Under the pieces are notes generated by a model. The model was given only the letters and a program-made list of their open reading frames with translations, searched no databases and was not told where the DNA came from. This document shows, piece after piece, positions 60,769 through 64,000 of a DNA stretch of 64,000 bases; the stretch's first letter is position 1; each line of letters begins with the position of its first letter. Origin of the DNA: Anaerovoracaceae bacterium (lineage in GTDB: Bacteria; Bacillota; Clostridia; Peptostreptococcales; Anaerovoracaceae); contig JAZUKP010000033.1 in assembly GCA_045643345.1 (NCBI GenBank), forward strand, positions 454 through 64,453, in the 5' to 3' direction. The translations under genes were made by a program, and so were the position numbers.

Positions 60769-63261
60769 ATGAAAGAAATAGCAACACAAGAATATGTTCA
60801 TGTTCGGGACATATTAAGAGACGGAACAATAATCACGACAGAAGGAAAATACGTAAATATTTTGGAAGTGACGCCGCAAAATTTCTTTAATAAAGAAGAA
60901 GTGGAGCAGCTGATAATATTGCAGCGGTACGAGCGATTCTTAAAAAAGTTCCCGGAACTTTCTTTCAGAATTAAGGTAGTAACCCAGGCCATGCAGACGG
61001 ATACTTATGCCGATGGATTCCGGGAAGCAGCCCAAAAAGAAAAAAACCGCAAGGTTAAAGATATGATATCCGATCACATCGACTTTGCGCGGTCCGAAAC
61101 TTCTGTCAGCACAATTGACCGAAGATTTTATTTCATCTTCAGCTACGATCCGGAGAATCCTTACGCACTGGGAAGAGATGAAGAAGAAATCTTAAATGAG
61201 ATGGCAAAGGCCCGCAATATGGTCAAAGCGGATTTTAAAGCTATGGGTAATCCGATTGTAGAATATGCACAGGAAGACCAAATGCATGATATCGCAAAAA
61301 TCCTGTACAGCTTCTACAATAAAAGATTCTTATCTTCCCGGCCCATGGACCAGAAGATGGAAAGACTGATTCGCGATTACGAAGAAGTGTATCAGGTAAA
61401 TGATATTTCTGACTTGCCGCTCATAGACATTCGGGACTTGCTTTGCCCGCAGTCAGTTGTAAATACGGAAAGAGATTATCTTATTATCAACGGTCAGTAT
61501 TATGCGTTCCTTTATATGGACGGTTCAGATTTTCCGGCATCCATCAGTCCGTATTCCTGGGTTTCAGCATTGATTAACTTCGGGATGGGTTATGACGTAG
61601 ACCTTATTTATGAGAAGCAGAACCGGAAAGAATCATTAAAGAATTTAAAACTGAAAAAGAAAATTACAAAGCCGAGAGCGGAAGAAGCGCATTATGATGC
61701 CAATAACTACGAGGTAGTGCAGCAGGTAGATAGAGATATTGACATGCTGCAGGATGCAATCCGGAAAGAGCGGCAGAGCATTTATCAGTTTTACGTGCTT
61801 CTTACAGTAAGTGCAAATACCAAGCAGGAACTCTACGACAAGATTGACCGGCTCACAGATCTCGAAATCGACTATGACTGCACCATAAAGTCCTGCGATA
61901 AGCTGCAGAAGGAAGGATTCCTTTCCACGATGCCGTGCAATGACATTTATCGTGAAATAAAAAAGGACGCGCACCACAACATAACAACGGATGCTGTTGC
62001 TCTGGCATATCCATTTGTTTCATCTTCGATGTCAGATAGAGACGGTGTAATGCTGGGTGTATCTCTTAACATGGACGGTCTGATTGCCGTAAACAATTTC
62101 GACACGAAGAAATACACATCTGCGAATATGACGGTTTTCGGTAAGTCCGGCACAGGAAAGACATTTGCCATGCTGTGCTATACCACCCGGATGCGTCTTC
62201 GCGGAATCCAGAACTTTATATTCTCGCCGGATAAGCAGGACGAGTTCCGGCCGGTGTGTGATGCTCTGGGCGGACAGTTCATCGATGTGGGTGCCTCAGC
62301 CAAGACAAGGATCAATCCATTCGACATCTGGCCTTCAACTTCCGATATCGACAATGCCTTGTACAACAAGAGCGGGGACGAGAAGAGCTGGCTGAATGAG
62401 AAGATTGAGCATTTGAGTATTTTTTATAAATTCTACATTGACAATATAACAACAGCGGAAACCGTCCTTCTCAAAAGGCTTACGGAATCTATGTACCGCA
62501 AGAAGGGAATCACAACAGACAACGATTCCATTTACAAGAACAAAGAGAAAAAGATCTTAAAAGAAATGCCGACATTTTCGGATTTCGTTAAGGAGCTTAA
62601 AGAATTTGCTTCTCTGGAAGGCAGTTCTTTCAGACAAGAAATTATCACGATATTCGAGCAGTTTACCGAAGGAAACCTTCGCTACTTAAACGGCCAGACG
62701 AATGTGGATTTGACCAACAAGTATATTGTATTCGGGTTCGAAAATTGTAAGGGGGACAACACCAAGTTGGTTCCGCTGATGTATATCGTTCTCGAATATG
62801 TGATGAACGTTGTGCGTTCCGATAAGACCGTGCCGAAGATTATATCGCTGGATGAAGGCTGGATGCTCCTGGATGAAAAGAATCCGCAGGTGTCAGACTT
62901 CGTGATCCAGATGTTCAGAACAATCCGTGCATACAACGGGGGAATCATTTTCTCCACGCAGTCGATCACAGACTTTTATAACGCAGGGGAGAAGGTTGCC
63001 AATGCAATTCTTGCCAACACTCCGTCGAATATTCTGCTCGGCATGGAAGCCAAAGCGGTTGACAATTTAAAAGAGATTCTAAAACTGACGGATGAGGAAT
63101 GTAATGACATCATCACGTTTGACCGCGGGCAGGCACTTCTTTGTGCCGGCAGAAACCACGTTCCGATTAAAATAGTGGCCTCGCCCAAAGAACAGATGAT
63201 TTATTCAACGGATCCGCAGATTCTGCTTCAAAAGTTATACATGGAAGGTAAGATACAATGA
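60769..63261 (+). CDS. VirB4-like conjugative T4SS ATPase (TrsE/PrgJ-type)
   Basis: Walker A GKSGTGKT and Walker B IISLDEGWMLLD. The size and N-terminal domain are typical of Gram-positive VirB4 homologues. Confidence 0.85.
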   Translation: MKEIATQEYVHVRDILRDGTIITTEGKYVNILEVTPQNFFNKEEVEQLIILQRYERFLKKFPELSFRIKVVTQAMQTDTYADGFREAAQKEKNRKVKDMISDHIDFARSETSVSTIDRRFYFIFSYDPENPYALGRDEEEILNEMAKARNMVKADFKAMGNPIVEYAQEDQMHDIAKILYSFYNKRFLSSRPMDQKMERLIRDYEEVYQVNDISDLPLIDIRDLLCPQSVVNTERDYLIINGQYYAFLYMDGSDFPASISPYSWVSALINFGMGYDVDLIYEKQNRKESLKNLKLKKKITKPRAEEAHYDANNYEVVQQVDRDIDMLQDAIRKERQSIYQFYVLLTVSANTKQELYDKIDRLTDLEIDYDCTIKSCDKLQKEGFLSTMPCNDIYREIKKDAHHNITTDAVALAYPFVSSSMSDRDGVMLGVSLNMDGLIAVNNFDTKKYTSANMTVFGKSGTGKTFAMLCYTTRMRLRGIQNFIFSPDKQDEFRPVCDALGGQFIDVGASAKTRINPFDIWPSTSDIDNALYNKSGDEKSWLNEKIEHLSIFYKFYIDNITTAETVLLKRLTESMYRKKGITTDNDSIYKNKEKKILKEMPTFSDFVKELKEFASLEGSSFRQEIITIFEQFTEGNLRYLNGQTNVDLTNKYIVFGFENCKGDNTKLVPLMYIVLEYVMNVVRSDKTVPKIISLDEGWMLLDEKNPQVSDFVIQMFRTIRAYNGGIIFSTQSITDFYNAGEKVANAILANTPSNILLGMEAKAVDNLKEILKLTDEECNDIITFDRGQALLCAGRNHVPIKIVASPKEQMIYSTDPQILLQKLYMEGKIQ

Positions 63262-63830
63262 TTAACAGAGACGTCCTCCAAGTGAGAGGAGCGAAAGAAA
63301 CAATCAATCTGCTGCGTGTGCTTACATCAGTTTCAAGAAAGCAAATGCAGCGCTATGCCAACAATATGGAATTCGATCTGGCAAGGGTCGAATCCGCATT
63401 AACGGAATATAGATATGGCTATATTGATAGCCAAGAAGACTTGTTCAATGTGTGCAAAGGCGTAAGGTTTGACTTTATTTCGGCAACTTGCTTTTGTGCA
63501 GCACTCAAAATTGCCGACAAAAAAAAGCTCTGGCTTGAACGGTCCAGTATGTTGGGTTTTGAGTACAGTATGTCCATCGAAGGAGACCCGGCTTGTTATC
63601 AGCTGCTGTACTTTTCTAACGATGGCGCACGCAAGCTGAACCAATATAATCATTCGAAGTACCCCTATGAAAACATTGTTCCGGTAATCGTATTCCACAA
63701 CAAACCTGTGGATGAACTGTATAGCGAACCGGGGCTTGAACCGAAGGGCCGTTACATTGTGATATCTATTACGCAGCATTCAACGAAGGAAGGCAAAGTT
63801 GCCTTCTATAAAGAGGTTAATAATGAATAG
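63258..63830 (+). CDS. hypothetical conjugation-operon protein
   Basis: 190 aa. ATGA overlap with the virB4-like gene. Confidence 0.5.
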   Translation: MINRDVLQVRGAKETINLLRVLTSVSRKQMQRYANNMEFDLARVESALTEYRYGYIDSQEDLFNVCKGVRFDFISATCFCAALKIADKKKLWLERSSMLGFEYSMSIEGDPACYQLLYFSNDGARKLNQYNHSKYPYENIVPVIVFHNKPVDELYSEPGLEPKGRYIVISITQHSTKEGKVAFYKEVNNE

Positions 63831-64000
63831 CAGCATCGAGCCGGCACTTCTTGGAACAATAAGTGACAGCATAAATGAACTTCAAACAAGAGCCGCATAT
63901 CTTCAGGACTGCAGCGCAACATTAGATCCGGAGAAAAAAAGAAAACTCATAAAAAGTTTTCTTATCAAGTATGAAAAAGGATACTTAAACGCGAAGGATC
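63823..64000 (+). CDS. hypothetical protein (5' part, runs off window)
   Basis: ATG 63823 overlaps the upstream stop. The frame stays open to the window end. Confidence 0.4.
   Translation, partial: MNSSIEPALLGTISDSINELQTRAAYLQDCSATLDPEKKRKLIKSFLIKYEKGYLNAKD

Noticed and set aside
1-64000. A relaxase and oriT nick site, tRNA and rRNA genes, a reverse transcriptase or retron, and a CRISPR-Cas locus.
   Set aside because: No ORF shows relaxase motifs (HxH, Rep_trans), RT motifs or Cas motifs. No cloverleaf-like or rRNA-like conserved sequence was seen by eye. Absence cannot be proven without profile searches.

Overview
This window reads as part of a large Firmicutes or Clostridia-type conjugative plasmid or plasmid-like element. 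No tRNA, rRNA or CRISPR array was found.

Main regions:
- 0-5 kb: accessory genes.
- 5.0-14.7 kb: a leading-region-like, same-strand cassette array (ssb, DUF4314/DUF3846-like, PcfK/PcfJ-like, DUF1281-like, FHA, RadC-like).
- 14.9-25 kb: a serine recombinase next to nuclease-type genes (Cys-repeat/AP2, GIY-YIG, CoiA-like, DEDD exonuclease-BRCT).
- 25.2-26.0 kb: two copies of a holin-like type I toxin locus.
- 33.3-26.0 kb: a minus-strand operon with a RecG-like helicase, interrupted by a TnpB-only IS200/IS605-family element.
- 35.4 kb: an XRE regulator.
- 37-51.7 kb: an establishment and DNA-metabolism block (inactivated topoisomerase IA homologue, MoxR-type AAA+ with vWA, DUF932-like, YqaJ exonuclease, RecD2-like helicase).
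- 51.9-55.4 kb: an iteron/Rep_3 replicon plus an AEP primase-polymerase-like gene.
- 55.5-58.3 kb: two ParA loci flanking an AT-rich repeat field.
- 59.5-64 kb: a Toprim primase and the start of a T4SS operon (VirB4-like).

The most interesting signals are non-coding:
1. A five-copy structured 5' leader family: a covarying stem-loop, a conserved linear box and an intrinsic terminator. It heads the DNA-metabolism operons.
2. Eight canonical terminators fused to Shine-Dalgarno sites between the leading-region cassettes. Together with the leaders, they suggest a processive-antitermination or riboregulatory circuit.
3. Two separate operator regulons.
4. Solo IS605-type right-end fragments.

Protein family names come from motif recognition by eye, not from searches. 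RNA and structure coordinates are accurate to about +/-3 nt.
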